Part shown: one piece after another, positions 8,826 through 18,343 of the stretch
How positions within the stretch are numbered: the stretch's first letter is position 1
How the letters are laid out: every line of letters begins with the position of its first letter
Assembly: GCF_008000775.2 (NCBI RefSeq)
Contig: NZ_CP042905.2
Span: forward strand, 1,500,001-1,532,000
Reading direction: 5' to 3'
DNA: 32,000 bases
Origin: Promethearchaeum syntrophicum
Lineage (GTDB): Archaea > Asgardarchaeota > Lokiarchaeia > Sigyniarchaeales > Promethearchaeaceae
Program-made: the position numbers and the translations under genes
Notes under the pieces: model-generated
What the model saw: the letters and a program-made list of their open reading frames with translations, nothing else
Database searches by the model: none
What the model was told of the DNA's origin: nothing

Positions 8826-9872
8826 TTATGACTTAATAAATTTAAAAAGTGTGCTGTTTTTATCATTATCCAGATTTAGTTTTTTTCTTATTTTTTCAAC
8901 AATATTCGAACTAATATTCATTTTCTCAAGAGTATCTAGAAGAATTTCTAGATTGATTCTATCTTTTTTTGTTTTCAAATCTGATAATTCTGTGTTTGTG
9001 TTTTCTAATAATTGTAGTAATGTTTTAATTGATCTTTCATAATGAGGAATCAAAATAGGTGTTTTTGGTTCATATTGGCTCTTATTAATAATTGTTTCTT
9101 TGATGAGATTTTCACGAGGGAACATTTCATAACCATATCCTTGTAATCCTAAAGAATTAGCGGCAGCCAGTGTTGTTCCAGTTCCTAAAAATGGATCTAA
9201 AACGGATTTTGCATTAGGTACGGCTTTAATACAGGAATATGGTAATCCAATTGGAAATGGAGCATCATGACCTTTTTTAATTGTCGCTCCTGTAGTTTTT
9301 TCATAGCAAATATGAAGCAAATTTCCAGGATCCCGTAAATCTGAACTTCCATATCTTCCTATATTCGATTTATCTGCATATGGTATTCCAATTGCTTTGG
9401 GATTTAATTCATATTTTTTTTTATCTTTTACAAAGAGGAATATATGTTCCCATACATTATTAAAACGTTTGTTTCCTCCTGAAGGAGTATAATGTCCTTT
9501 TCCATATATAGATTTTACCCAAATAATATCTTGTATACGTATCCAACCTGCTTGTTCTGTAGAATTTGCTACTTTTTCTGATAAACCTTGAGTTGTTGCA
9601 GAATCGCCAATGTTTAAAAAAAACACTGCTTTTTCTGAAGAAACACGAAAGCATTCTTTCCAGACCCTATTCAACATTTGAAAATATTCTTTTTCTGGAA
9701 GTGAATCATTATATTTTACATTTGAATCAGAAGAATAATGTTTTCCACGATTATATGGGGGAGAAGTTATTATGATATCGATAGTGTCATCTTGAATTTC
9801 ATCCATTTTCTCTGATGATTTAAAATAAACTGTTTGATTGTCAATAACTAACATTTTCGAAGATCCATGCAT
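8826..9872 (-). CDS. Beta-class DNA methyltransferase (N4/N6 family, SPPY motif), paralogous to its neighbour
   Basis: Motif IV is IITSPPYN and motif I is DPFLGTGTTLAAA. The gene ends 21 nt before the start of the downstream methyltransferase gene on the same strand. Confidence 0.85.
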   Translation of the reverse strand: MHGSSKMLVIDNQTVYFKSSEKMDEIQDDTIDIIITSPPYNRGKHYSSDSNVKYNDSLPEKEYFQMLNRVWKECFRVSSEKAVFFLNIGDSATTQGLSEKVANSTEQAGWIRIQDIIWVKSIYGKGHYTPSGGNKRFNNVWEHIFLFVKDKKKYELNPKAIGIPYADKSNIGRYGSSDLRDPGNLLHICYEKTTGATIKKGHDAPFPIGLPYSCIKAVPNAKSVLDPFLGTGTTLAAANSLGLQGYGYEMFPRENLIKETIINKSQYEPKTPILIPHYERSIKTLLQLLENTNTELSDLKTKKDRINLEILLDTLEKMNISSNIVEKIRKKLNLDNDKNSTLFKFIKS

Positions 9873-9977
9873 TTTAAATGTAATTAAATTCTCTTTTCTT
9901 TTTTAAAATAAATTTCTATTTTTTTTGTAAAAAACCCAATTAATAAACTATTAAACATAAAAAATTACACTTCTAAT

Positions 9978-11501
9978 TTGAAGATGTCTAAACTTAATGA
10001 GAATTTTATTGAAATTTTACTCGATAATATCTTAGATAGCGTATTTTTCTTAAATTCAAATGGAAAAATAATATATATGAATAAAATCGCACAAAATCTT
10101 ACCGAATGGCTCTTAAAATCTGCTCAAAATAAATATTTCTCAGACGTTTTTAAACTTAAAAAATCTAAAAGTGATTTCGAAACCTATGATTGTTTCACTG
10201 AAATCCTCCAAACAAAAAAACCACAGATATGTAAAAAACCTTCGATTTTAATCACGCAATCTGGGAAAGAAATCGAGGTAAAGTGTAATTTTTTTCCAAT
10301 ATTTGGAGAGAATAATGAATTTTTAGGATGTTTAATTATAGCTCAAGATTTTACTGATAAAAGAAAATATGAAAATGCACTGCAAAATGCCATGCGATTA
10401 AATTCATTAGGTCAATTATCAAGCGGTATAGCACATGATTTCAATAATGTATTGACTACTATTTTGGGAAATATTAGTTTAGCCAAATTAAATTTGGATG
10501 AAAAAGGTGAGATATTTAACCTTCTAAATGAAGCAGAAGAAGGTATCGATAAAGCCCGTGTTATGACTCAGCAATTGCTTACTTTTGCGAGTGAGAATAA
10601 AACAGATAAGGAAATTTTAGAAATCTCTGAACTCTTAAAAAATTTTGTTTCATTCACTCTCTCTGGTAGTAATGTTAAATGTAACTTTCGTTTTTCAAAG
10701 GATCTAATGAATGTTGAGGGAAATCGATCTCAATTAGGGCAGTTTATTCATAACATCATAGTTCATGCCGTTCATTCTATGCCTGTTGGGGGAAATATTA
10801 AAATTTCTGCAAAAAATATTAAAATTCCTAAAGAAAACAATTTTGAATTAGAACAAGGCAATTACGTAATATTAACAATTCAAGATAATGGAATTGGGAT
10901 GTCAGAAAGTGATCTCTCTCATGTTTTTGATCCATTTTATATGAGTAATATGACAGGCAAAGATATGGGTCTTGCAATTGTAAAAGATATAATAGATCAA
11001 CATAATGGCACTATTTTAATTGATTCGATTGTCGGAGAAGGGACGACCTTTACAATCTATCTTCCTGCAATTTTTCAGGATAGTTCTTCATTTAAAGATA
11101 TTAAAGGAGAAATACCTCGAAAACACGGGAAAGTATTGGTGATGGATGATGAGGATATTATACGTAGAGTTTTATCTAAAATGTTAACCCAATTAGGTTA
11201 TGAAGCTCATGTTGTAAATGAGGGTGTAAGTGCAATAAAGACATATAAAGAGTTTTTAGCAAACAATGATAGATTTGATGTTGTCATATTGGACTTAACC
11301 ATAAGAGGGGGGATGGGTGGAAAAGAAACGATTGAGAATCTCCTCAAAATTGATCCAAAAGTAAAAGTTTTGGCTTCAAGTGGATATACAACAGATGATA
11401 TCATGACTAATTATGAATCATATGGTTTTTCTGGGGCTTTGGTTAAACCTTATCGAGTAAATGAATTGGATAAGGCCTTAATTGACATTCTGAATAATTA
11501 A
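9978..11501 (+). CDS. Hybrid sensor histidine kinase (PAS, HisKA, HATPase_c, receiver)
   Basis: The PAS-like N-terminus is NILDSVFFLNSNGKIIYMN and the H-box is GIAHDFNNVLTTILG. The ATPase motifs include NGIGMSE and GEGTTFTIYLP. The receiver domain has VLVMDDEDIIRR...VVILDLTIRGGMGG. The track start is TTG; an ATG lies at 9984. Confidence 0.85.
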   Translation: MKMSKLNENFIEILLDNILDSVFFLNSNGKIIYMNKIAQNLTEWLLKSAQNKYFSDVFKLKKSKSDFETYDCFTEILQTKKPQICKKPSILITQSGKEIEVKCNFFPIFGENNEFLGCLIIAQDFTDKRKYENALQNAMRLNSLGQLSSGIAHDFNNVLTTILGNISLAKLNLDEKGEIFNLLNEAEEGIDKARVMTQQLLTFASENKTDKEILEISELLKNFVSFTLSGSNVKCNFRFSKDLMNVEGNRSQLGQFIHNIIVHAVHSMPVGGNIKISAKNIKIPKENNFELEQGNYVILTIQDNGIGMSESDLSHVFDPFYMSNMTGKDMGLAIVKDIIDQHNGTILIDSIVGEGTTFTIYLPAIFQDSSSFKDIKGEIPRKHGKVLVMDDEDIIRRVLSKMLTQLGYEAHVVNEGVSAIKTYKEFLANNDRFDVVILDLTIRGGMGGKETIENLLKIDPKVKVLASSGYTTDDIMTNYESYGFSGALVKPYRVNELDKALIDILNN

Positions 11502-11617
11502 CCTTTTTCATTTCCTTATTCCTATAAGAAATCAGATATTTTAGGCTATATGTAATAAGAAAGTTCTTTATTGGGTTCAGCTCGAAAGTTTAATTATACA
11601 ATTGCAGATGAATAATC

Positions 11618-11731
11618 ATGACAGAAGAACACACAATTAAATGTGGTGCATGTGGAGAATCGTTTTCTGGGGCTACGATGGAAGAAGCCAAAGCCTTAGC
11701 AATGCAACACAAAGAAGAACACCATTCCTAA
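11618..11731 (+). CDS. Possible 37-aa Cys/His-containing small protein
   Basis: Hand translation: MTEEHTIKCGACGESFSGATMEEAKALAMQHKEEHHS. It lies in an otherwise empty intergenic gap, has a CxxC plus a His-rich tail, and resembles small metal-binding DUF1059-style proteins only loosely. Confidence 0.3.
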   Translation: MTEEHTIKCGACGESFSGATMEEAKALAMQHKEEHHS

Positions 11732-11836
11732 GGTTTGGAGATTTTTGAACACGCCGATTAATATCGAAATTTAGTAATTCCAATGTAGTTTCAATATCTT
11801 TTTTTTCTTCATTTTCACATAATTACTTTTTTCTTC

Positions 11837-13558
11837 TTATATTAATAGCTTTTCTATTCGAATTCTTATCCCATATTCTAAAAGCTGTAGAAGATAACTC
11901 TCGGCACTCAGTATTGAACTATATCTTTGCTCAAACTTTCGGCGAATGTAAGGTGAGCGCGGTTCCCAAGAAACCTTATTCCACACCTTTTTGCGTTCTT
12001 GTTCAAGCATCATTCGCATCCGAGCTACATGCCATCTGTTATAAAGTATCATTCCCAATTCTAAATTCCACTGACGTTGGGTAGACTTGCGACTCCTTGA
12101 TAATCGAACAAACTTAGCTTTACCCTCTTTAAACCCATTTTCAATAGACCATCTTTCATGATACACTTGAGCAAGTTTAATGAAATAATCTGTGTTATGT
12201 TTAATCGCTTCATCTATTGTCGATGATATGGTAAAAAACATAAGAGAATTAAGCATCAATGTTTGATTTTTCTTTAATTTCTTGAGATACTCCATAGACT
12301 TTATTATCTGCTTATATTTCTTATAAAGTTGTGAATTTCTGAACTTAGTCCTTTTTCTTTGAGTTATTTTTTTTATTATAGAAGGATTCTTGATTCCTGC
12401 TTGTTTTTGAAGATCAATGTATTCTTTCTGATATTCATCAATTCTATCTTCGGAGGACTTGATATTTTTCTTAGTAACCATCCATTCATGTTTAAGATCT
12501 TTGAGTTTTCGATTCCTGTTTGTCTGATATCCATCCACAACAGCCACTAATACAACAGGAATATGATACATTGAATCATATGTTTTCATTTCAGATGCTT
12601 CACAATATCCTTTTAATGAAGGATGCGTATATTTCGATAAATTAATATAATCCATAAATACTTCTTTTGAATTTGGGTCTTCTAAGAATGCAACCTTTTT
12701 TCTAACCTTTTCCCTGGCAAATTTTTTTGGTACAATAACTCTAATATTATCGTTATGCTTACATTTACTACTAATTTGATTGAAATATGCAGCTGTAAAT
12801 AATTCACCATTATAATACCCTCGATCAGCGTCAATAAACTTTACTTCAGATCCTGCACCTTCAACTATCTTGCAAGAGTTTTGTAACTGCCCAATAAAGG
12901 CTTGAATTGTAGTATTCTCGTATTTAGGTTTATGGTAATTCTGATGTAGTGTACTTATAAAGAGTTGATTGGTGCAATCATACACAGATGAATAAGTAAA
13001 GCCTCGTTTCCACGTATTATTTTGACCAATATGGACAAATGAATATTGATCATTCAAGTATTTAGAACGTGTTTCTTCAGGCGTCGTGTCGATAGCAAGG
13101 ATTACCTCCTTGGATTTACCGTTAAACTCATTTAATTCTTTCATACATGCGGTATAGTTTTCATTAAGTTTATCATCAAGATTGGGTTTACTATCTTGGA
13201 TGACATTGTCAGTAACTGCTTGACGACTTGCGGATAGAGGAAATTTCCTTGATTCTGGCATAAAAATCTCAATTGCATTATTTAATGCTGTGTCTGTATC
13301 TTGCGATGCCTTGATGGACGACAACACCGAATAAATAGATGTTGAAATTACGTTCAAGTGTTTCTTTCCAATTTCCAATGATGATTTAGTCAACATTGAG
13401 GAGATCAGAGTCAAAATAACCCGTTCTTTTGTATTTTGTGAGGAATTTACCTTCCTTTTCTGTTTACTCGTTAATCCGAGCAAATCAAGTTGTTCCGAAA
13501 AGACTAAATGGAGTTGTTCATTATCTAAAGATGAGATGCTACTTACCTCTTGGTACAT
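11837..13558 (-). CDS. IS4-like DDE transposase
   Basis: Candidate DDE residues lie in LAIDTTPE and FIDADRGYY. YHERWSIENGFKEGK fits the Y(2)R(3)E(6)K signature of IS4-type transposases. Confidence 0.8.
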   Translation of the reverse strand: MYQEVSSISSLDNEQLHLVFSEQLDLLGLTSKQKRKVNSSQNTKERVILTLISSMLTKSSLEIGKKHLNVISTSIYSVLSSIKASQDTDTALNNAIEIFMPESRKFPLSASRQAVTDNVIQDSKPNLDDKLNENYTACMKELNEFNGKSKEVILAIDTTPEETRSKYLNDQYSFVHIGQNNTWKRGFTYSSVYDCTNQLFISTLHQNYHKPKYENTTIQAFIGQLQNSCKIVEGAGSEVKFIDADRGYYNGELFTAAYFNQISSKCKHNDNIRVIVPKKFAREKVRKKVAFLEDPNSKEVFMDYINLSKYTHPSLKGYCEASEMKTYDSMYHIPVVLVAVVDGYQTNRNRKLKDLKHEWMVTKKNIKSSEDRIDEYQKEYIDLQKQAGIKNPSIIKKITQRKRTKFRNSQLYKKYKQIIKSMEYLKKLKKNQTLMLNSLMFFTISSTIDEAIKHNTDYFIKLAQVYHERWSIENGFKEGKAKFVRLSRSRKSTQRQWNLELGMILYNRWHVARMRMMLEQERKKVWNKVSWEPRSPYIRRKFEQRYSSILSAESYLLQLLEYGIRIRIEKLLI

Positions 13559-13819
13559 TTTATGGGTTTGCTCGACTTTATAAAATGAAGCATCTCTCTT
13601 ATATTTTATGCATTTATAGCCATAAATTTTGTAGATTTTTTCCTTGATACGGAGGTTTTGTAAAGATCACAATTTCAACATTAGAAACTTCCGGATATCT
13701 TGTCTGGTGCTTGAATTGAGCCGAGGGCAATATTTAAAGATTAGAATGTGCTTGAAAAGTCATAAATTTTGTCGTCCGTTTAAAAGCACTAGAAAAAATT
13801 AATTATGTGATTTTCTGTT

Positions 13820-14917
13820 TTAAACATTTTTTACATAATCTAAAATTTTTTTCTGATTGGTCTTCACAGTTTCTTTTAAATTTGAAAATTTTAACCCAAT
13901 TAAGCGAATTTTTTTCTTTTTCTTAAAAAATTCTTGATAAAGATCCAAAACAACCTCTAATGCTTTCTGCTTATTTCTAATTGCAGAAGTAAAGGATTTA
14001 GACCTCAAATAAGTCTCATATCCCTTAAATCGTATTTTTAAACTGATTGTTCTATATAAAATACCTTTCTTTTCTAAAATATCATGAATTTTATCATTTA
14101 AATCGGTGATTTTTGATAATATTTCTTGATAATCATCTGTATCTTCATAAAAAGTGCGTTCTTTAGAAATTGATTTTCGATGATAAAAATAACTGGAATC
14201 ATGAACTTTTCTTTCTTCCAAGCCATTAATCAAATTGTATATCCATCTTCCACGATCTCCAAATTTTGCAATCATTTTATGCTTTGGGATTTTTAAAAAA
14301 TCTCCTATTAATTGAAAACCATGTTTTTCATAATATATTTTAGATTTTTTTCCAATACCTGGAATCCTAGTTATTTTTAATGGACTTAAAATAGTTTTAT
14401 AATTATCAGGGTTAATTATCGTAATTCCATTTGGTTTATTGCAGTCAGAACCAATTTTTGCAAGAGATTTTGTAAATGCAACACCAATAGAACAAGTTAT
14501 TCCGACTTCTGATTGCACTTCATCTTTAATTTTTTTTGCAATTTCATTCGCATGATTCATGTCAATAGCTATTTCACTCATGTCTAAATAGGCTTCATCG
14601 CTCCCTACTTGTTGAAAAACTGGGGAATATTTATCAAGAATTTTCATTACTTGAGATGATATTTCTCTTATTCGACCAAAATTTGATTTAACATAAATTC
14701 CGTGTGGGCATAGATGATAAGCTTTTGAAATTGGCATTCCTGAATGGAGTCCAAATTCCCTAGCTTCATAAGAACATGTGGTTACAACCCCTCTCCCTTT
14801 TCCTTTTTTGGGATCTGCCCCTGTAATAACAGGAAATCCCTTATATTCAGGATGATCTAAAATTTCCACTGCAGCAAAAAAACAATCGAGATCTACGTGG
14901 AATATAATACGATCCAT
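13820..14917 (-). CDS. dinB: Y-family DNA polymerase IV (DinB/Dpo4-like)
   Basis: The N-terminus is IIFHVDLDCFFAAVE, with a SxDEAYLD-type motif (GSDEAYLDMS) and a helix-hairpin-helix ITRIPGIGKK. Confidence 0.9.
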   Translation of the reverse strand: MDRIIFHVDLDCFFAAVEILDHPEYKGFPVITGADPKKGKGRGVVTTCSYEAREFGLHSGMPISKAYHLCPHGIYVKSNFGRIREISSQVMKILDKYSPVFQQVGSDEAYLDMSEIAIDMNHANEIAKKIKDEVQSEVGITCSIGVAFTKSLAKIGSDCNKPNGITIINPDNYKTILSPLKITRIPGIGKKSKIYYEKHGFQLIGDFLKIPKHKMIAKFGDRGRWIYNLINGLEERKVHDSSYFYHRKSISKERTFYEDTDDYQEILSKITDLNDKIHDILEKKGILYRTISLKIRFKGYETYLRSKSFTSAIRNKQKALEVVLDLYQEFFKKKKKIRLIGLKFSNLKETVKTNQKKILDYVKNV

Positions 14918-14970
14918 AACATTTTCGGTAATGAATCTTCTTATTTAAAAAAAAGGTCTGAAAAAATTTA

Positions 14971-16866
14971 TTAAATTCGATTTTTAAACCGGAATGAAAA
15001 TTCAAAGGTCTCTCCATAATCATCAAAAATAACTTTATATGGTAAGTTTTTCAAGATTTTTAAAATACCGATATTCTGAGCAAATACTTCCCCAAAAAAC
15101 CCGCTTATCCCTTTTTCTTGACCTATTTCACATAATCTAGAAAAAATGTGGAATCCTAAACCTAATTTATGCCATTCATTTGAAATCCATACAGCAATTT
15201 CTGCCATGTTAGTGCTACCACTTGGATCCTTATAATAACTACCTGATGCTACGATTTTTTTACTTTCTTCGTCTCCTACTAATCCTATAATTACCATTGT
15301 ATTATGATAATCAATATTTACTTCAAATTGTGCATCTTCGTGAGGAAATGCGGTCTTGGGAGTGAGAAATCGAAAAATTCGCGATTCCTCATCCATATTA
15401 TAAAAAAATCGTTGCAATATTCTTTCATCCGTTGGTTTTACTGGTCGAAAATGAATTTTTTCTTCTGTTTTTGTATCAAAGTCCCACTCATATTGTTCCG
15501 GATAAACGATCACTGATCCATCTTTTGTTAAGGGTAGTAACTGATCTTCGTATAAATAATGAAGTTCTTTTGCTTGTTCCAATAAATCTTTTCTGAATTT
15601 AGGGTGAGAAATCCCTATTAACTGCAATGCTCTATTTCTTACATTTTTTCCCGCCAAATGTGCAATTCCCCATTCAGTGACTACATAATGAACATCATAT
15701 GCAGGTAAACTACATCTCCGAACTATCGGAACAATTCTTGATTGAGAACCATCTTTAGTCGTACTGGGGATTAATATAATCGTTTTTCCTCCTGAAGATC
15801 GACTACTTCCTTGTACAAAATCATGTTCTCCTCCAATCCCCCCATAAAATCTATCTGGAAGGTGATTAGTTATTTGTCCTGAAAGATCAACAAATAAAGT
15901 TCCATATATTGAGCATAATTTTCTATTTTTAGCAATATTTTCAATATTCAATATATATTCTGAACTAAATAATTTAATAAATGGATTTTGATTAACAAAT
16001 TGATAATTTTCTTTAGTACCCAATACAAAAGATGCCATGATGTGCTGGTTCACGTTTTTTTTGCATGAAAGGGTTTTATTCTTTATCAAGGAAATTAAAT
16101 CAGAGTTTAAAACTAACATTTCTGAAAAAACTGCTAAATCCTTTTTATTCTTCAAAAATGGCCAAATTGAATTCGGCAGTTTTCCTAATCCAATATTTAA
16201 AGTAGATTCGTTTTCAATTAATCTGGAAAGATAATTGCCAATTTTCTCTATAATCTCTAAATCTCTGTTATTAAAATCATATTTAAATTCTAATAGTGGA
16301 TAATCTTTGAATACAAAAAAATTAATATCCTCAAAATGAATACTTGAATTTCCATATGTAATAGGCATTTGCGGATTTATCTGCACAATTACTTTTTTTG
16401 ATACTTGAGCAACTAATTTATTAATATCAACATTGATTCCAAGTGAACAATAACCGTATTCATCAGGAGGAGAGACTTGTAATAAACATACATCTATTAT
16501 TAAAGAACGCGATTTTAGCAATTTAACTATTTCCGATGTCTTTATGGGTATAAAATCACTCTGACCTTTTTCAACTGCATTACGAATGTTATCTGTCCCC
16601 AATATAGATAAAGTATTATGGCGAAATCGAGTTGGAAACTTATCACTGAAGAATTTTTGATCTGAAAGTGTAAGTAAATGAATTATCTCACAATCTGTCC
16701 AACGATATTTATCATGAACTAATTCACGAGTTAGAATTATCGGCTCCGAACACGCAGTACCGATAAATATTCTGGATCCAGGGCTGATTAATTTTACCAA
16801 ATCACTAGGTTGTGTCTCTTTCTCTTTATATTTTTCCCGCCAGGAAGAAAGATCAAAATCAGCCAT
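14971..16866 (-). CDS. Acetyl-CoA hydrolase/transferase-family domain fused to a C-terminal GNAT-like acetyltransferase domain
   Basis: The CoA-transferase signature is YGGIGGEHDFVQGSSRSSGGKTIILIPST. The C-terminal ~170 aa begin with FRPVKPTDERILQRFFYNMDEESRIFRF and continue into a GNAT-like core (EIAVWISNEWHKLGLG). Confidence 0.7.
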   Translation of the reverse strand: MADFDLSSWREKYKEKETQPSDLVKLISPGSRIFIGTACSEPIILTRELVHDKYRWTDCEIIHLLTLSDQKFFSDKFPTRFRHNTLSILGTDNIRNAVEKGQSDFIPIKTSEIVKLLKSRSLIIDVCLLQVSPPDEYGYCSLGINVDINKLVAQVSKKVIVQINPQMPITYGNSSIHFEDINFFVFKDYPLLEFKYDFNNRDLEIIEKIGNYLSRLIENESTLNIGLGKLPNSIWPFLKNKKDLAVFSEMLVLNSDLISLIKNKTLSCKKNVNQHIMASFVLGTKENYQFVNQNPFIKLFSSEYILNIENIAKNRKLCSIYGTLFVDLSGQITNHLPDRFYGGIGGEHDFVQGSSRSSGGKTIILIPSTTKDGSQSRIVPIVRRCSLPAYDVHYVVTEWGIAHLAGKNVRNRALQLIGISHPKFRKDLLEQAKELHYLYEDQLLPLTKDGSVIVYPEQYEWDFDTKTEEKIHFRPVKPTDERILQRFFYNMDEESRIFRFLTPKTAFPHEDAQFEVNIDYHNTMVIIGLVGDEESKKIVASGSYYKDPSGSTNMAEIAVWISNEWHKLGLGFHIFSRLCEIGQEKGISGFFGEVFAQNIGILKILKNLPYKVIFDDYGETFEFSFRFKNRI

Positions 16867-16938
16867 ACTAAAGAATTATTGGAAAACTCAGTCTTTAAAC
16901 TATTTCCTAAAAAAAGTAGATATTTCAATGTAATTGAA

Positions 16939-17373
16939 TCAGCGTTTAGTCGATTTTTTCTTTTTGTTTATCTTATCAAAATATTCCTTTAGTGGATCCC
17001 AATAATAATCGTGCCACCCTTTCTCAATATCTTTTACACATACCTCTGGAACACCAACATGGGTGAATTCTAATTCAGTTCCATCATTGATTTCTTTAAA
17101 ATTCAACGAAATTTCTGAAAAATGTTTTTTCGGCCAATTATCTTGATCTGCGATCCATGTTTGGACAATTTTTTTATTAGGAATTAATTCAATTGTTTTT
17201 CCCTTCATATAACCATCGCCACAAACAAATTTTCCACCTACTTTTGGATCCAATACCGATTCAGTATCTGTAAATTTCGAATGCTTTTTTGAATCCATAA
17301 AGGCTTCATAAATTTGTTTTGGTGTGCAGTTAAATTTGATTTTTTGCTTTATTGTACTAGTAGGAATTGCCAT
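16939..17373 (-). CDS. SRPBCC / Aha1-domain (AHSA1-like) protein
   Basis: The size and pattern (PKQIYEAFMDSKKHSKF...ELEFTHVGVPE...GWHDYYWDPLKEYF) are typical of the PF08327 family. Confidence 0.65.
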   Translation of the reverse strand: MAIPTSTIKQKIKFNCTPKQIYEAFMDSKKHSKFTDTESVLDPKVGGKFVCGDGYMKGKTIELIPNKKIVQTWIADQDNWPKKHFSEISLNFKEINDGTELEFTHVGVPEVCVKDIEKGWHDYYWDPLKEYFDKINKKKKSTKR

Positions 17374-17425
17374 ATCTAATAGTTAGTATTTCTCGATTTA
17401 ATATTTTCACAGTAATTCATATAAG

Positions 17426-18304
17426 CTAACAAAAAAATTTTAATGTTTTTTTCACTTTTTCATCAATTTCATCCATCTTCATCAAAGCAATTTCCTTAAA
17501 ATTACCTTCTTCTTCCCAAGATTTCACAATTTCATGCCCCAAATAATACCCTGTTTGTTTTTTGCCCTCAATTTCAAACCAACTACCAAAGAAATTTCGT
17601 TGCATCTCCGTATTATTATCCCCACTTTCATCCAGAAATTTCTGAGCTAAGTAAGAAAGATGCGATTTACACCATAAAACCCAATTTTCTTGGCCCATTT
17701 GCTGATGCCAAGATTCTTCTTCCATAATTTTATGTTCACAACGCATTGCAAATCCTTCTTCATATAATTGCCAGAAAGGAGAGTGGTTTTCAATGGGTAA
17801 ATTTCTATCTTTTCGCCAGTGAAAATGGATTAAATGACCAATTTCATGCGCACTTAGTGGTGCTAAAGATTCAAAGGTTTTCCAACCGCATTCGATTATA
17901 TTTTCAAGCCCATATAAAACCGCTGGTTTTTCCCGAAATTCTGTAGCCCATCCCGCCCCAACTCCGATCCCTACATAAATAACGAAATTTAATGGAAAAT
18001 CGAGTTGAAATTTTTGAAGAGCTCTTGGAGCAACAAATTTTATTGCTTTTTTTAATTCGTTTCTCACCTGTTTCATATATTGAACTGATTCTTTGAGTTT
18101 TGGAAAAACATGCTCTTTTGCGATTTTTTTCCAATCTCCCCCATCATTCTGGTAACTTTCTATCTGCATCTTTAAAATATAGGGCCATTTTTCCATATAC
18201 AATGTTTTCCAAATCTCAATCTGATTTTCAATATCAGCATTTTCCATTAATGACCAAATTTCTTCAAAATCATCAAAGGTATCGAAAATCTTCCAATTTT
18301 TCAA
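17426..18304 (-). CDS. HExxH metallopeptidase-like protein (DUF2268-like)
   Basis: It has an AHEIGHLIH zinc-binding-type motif and no signal peptide. The track start at 18304 is TTG. Confidence 0.45.
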   Translation of the reverse strand: MKNWKIFDTFDDFEEIWSLMENADIENQIEIWKTLYMEKWPYILKMQIESYQNDGGDWKKIAKEHVFPKLKESVQYMKQVRNELKKAIKFVAPRALQKFQLDFPLNFVIYVGIGVGAGWATEFREKPAVLYGLENIIECGWKTFESLAPLSAHEIGHLIHFHWRKDRNLPIENHSPFWQLYEEGFAMRCEHKIMEEESWHQQMGQENWVLWCKSHLSYLAQKFLDESGDNNTEMQRNFFGSWFEIEGKKQTGYYLGHEIVKSWEEEGNFKEIALMKMDEIDEKVKKTLKFFC

Positions 18305-18343
18305 ATTCTCTTCACTTTTTTTAAGAATGTTTACTAATTTAAA

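Noticed and set aside
6914-9872. I considered a restriction-modification operon, with larB or another neighbour as the nuclease.
   Set aside because: The 6914..7714 product has clear PurE/LarB motifs, not nuclease motifs, and there is no other unassigned ORF next to the methyltransferases.
13640-13760. A slightly GC-richer patch between the IS4-like transposase and dinB, considered as a possible tRNA or small RNA.
   Set aside because: No cloverleaf-compatible stems or conserved T-loop/D-loop boxes are found, only one imperfect long-range pairing. It is more simply explained as the IS end or promoter region.
11740-13780. Terminal inverted repeats of the IS4-like element.
   Set aside because: The best candidate pair (near 11750 and near 13760) matches at only a handful of positions in an AT-rich context, which is not distinguishable from chance by eye.
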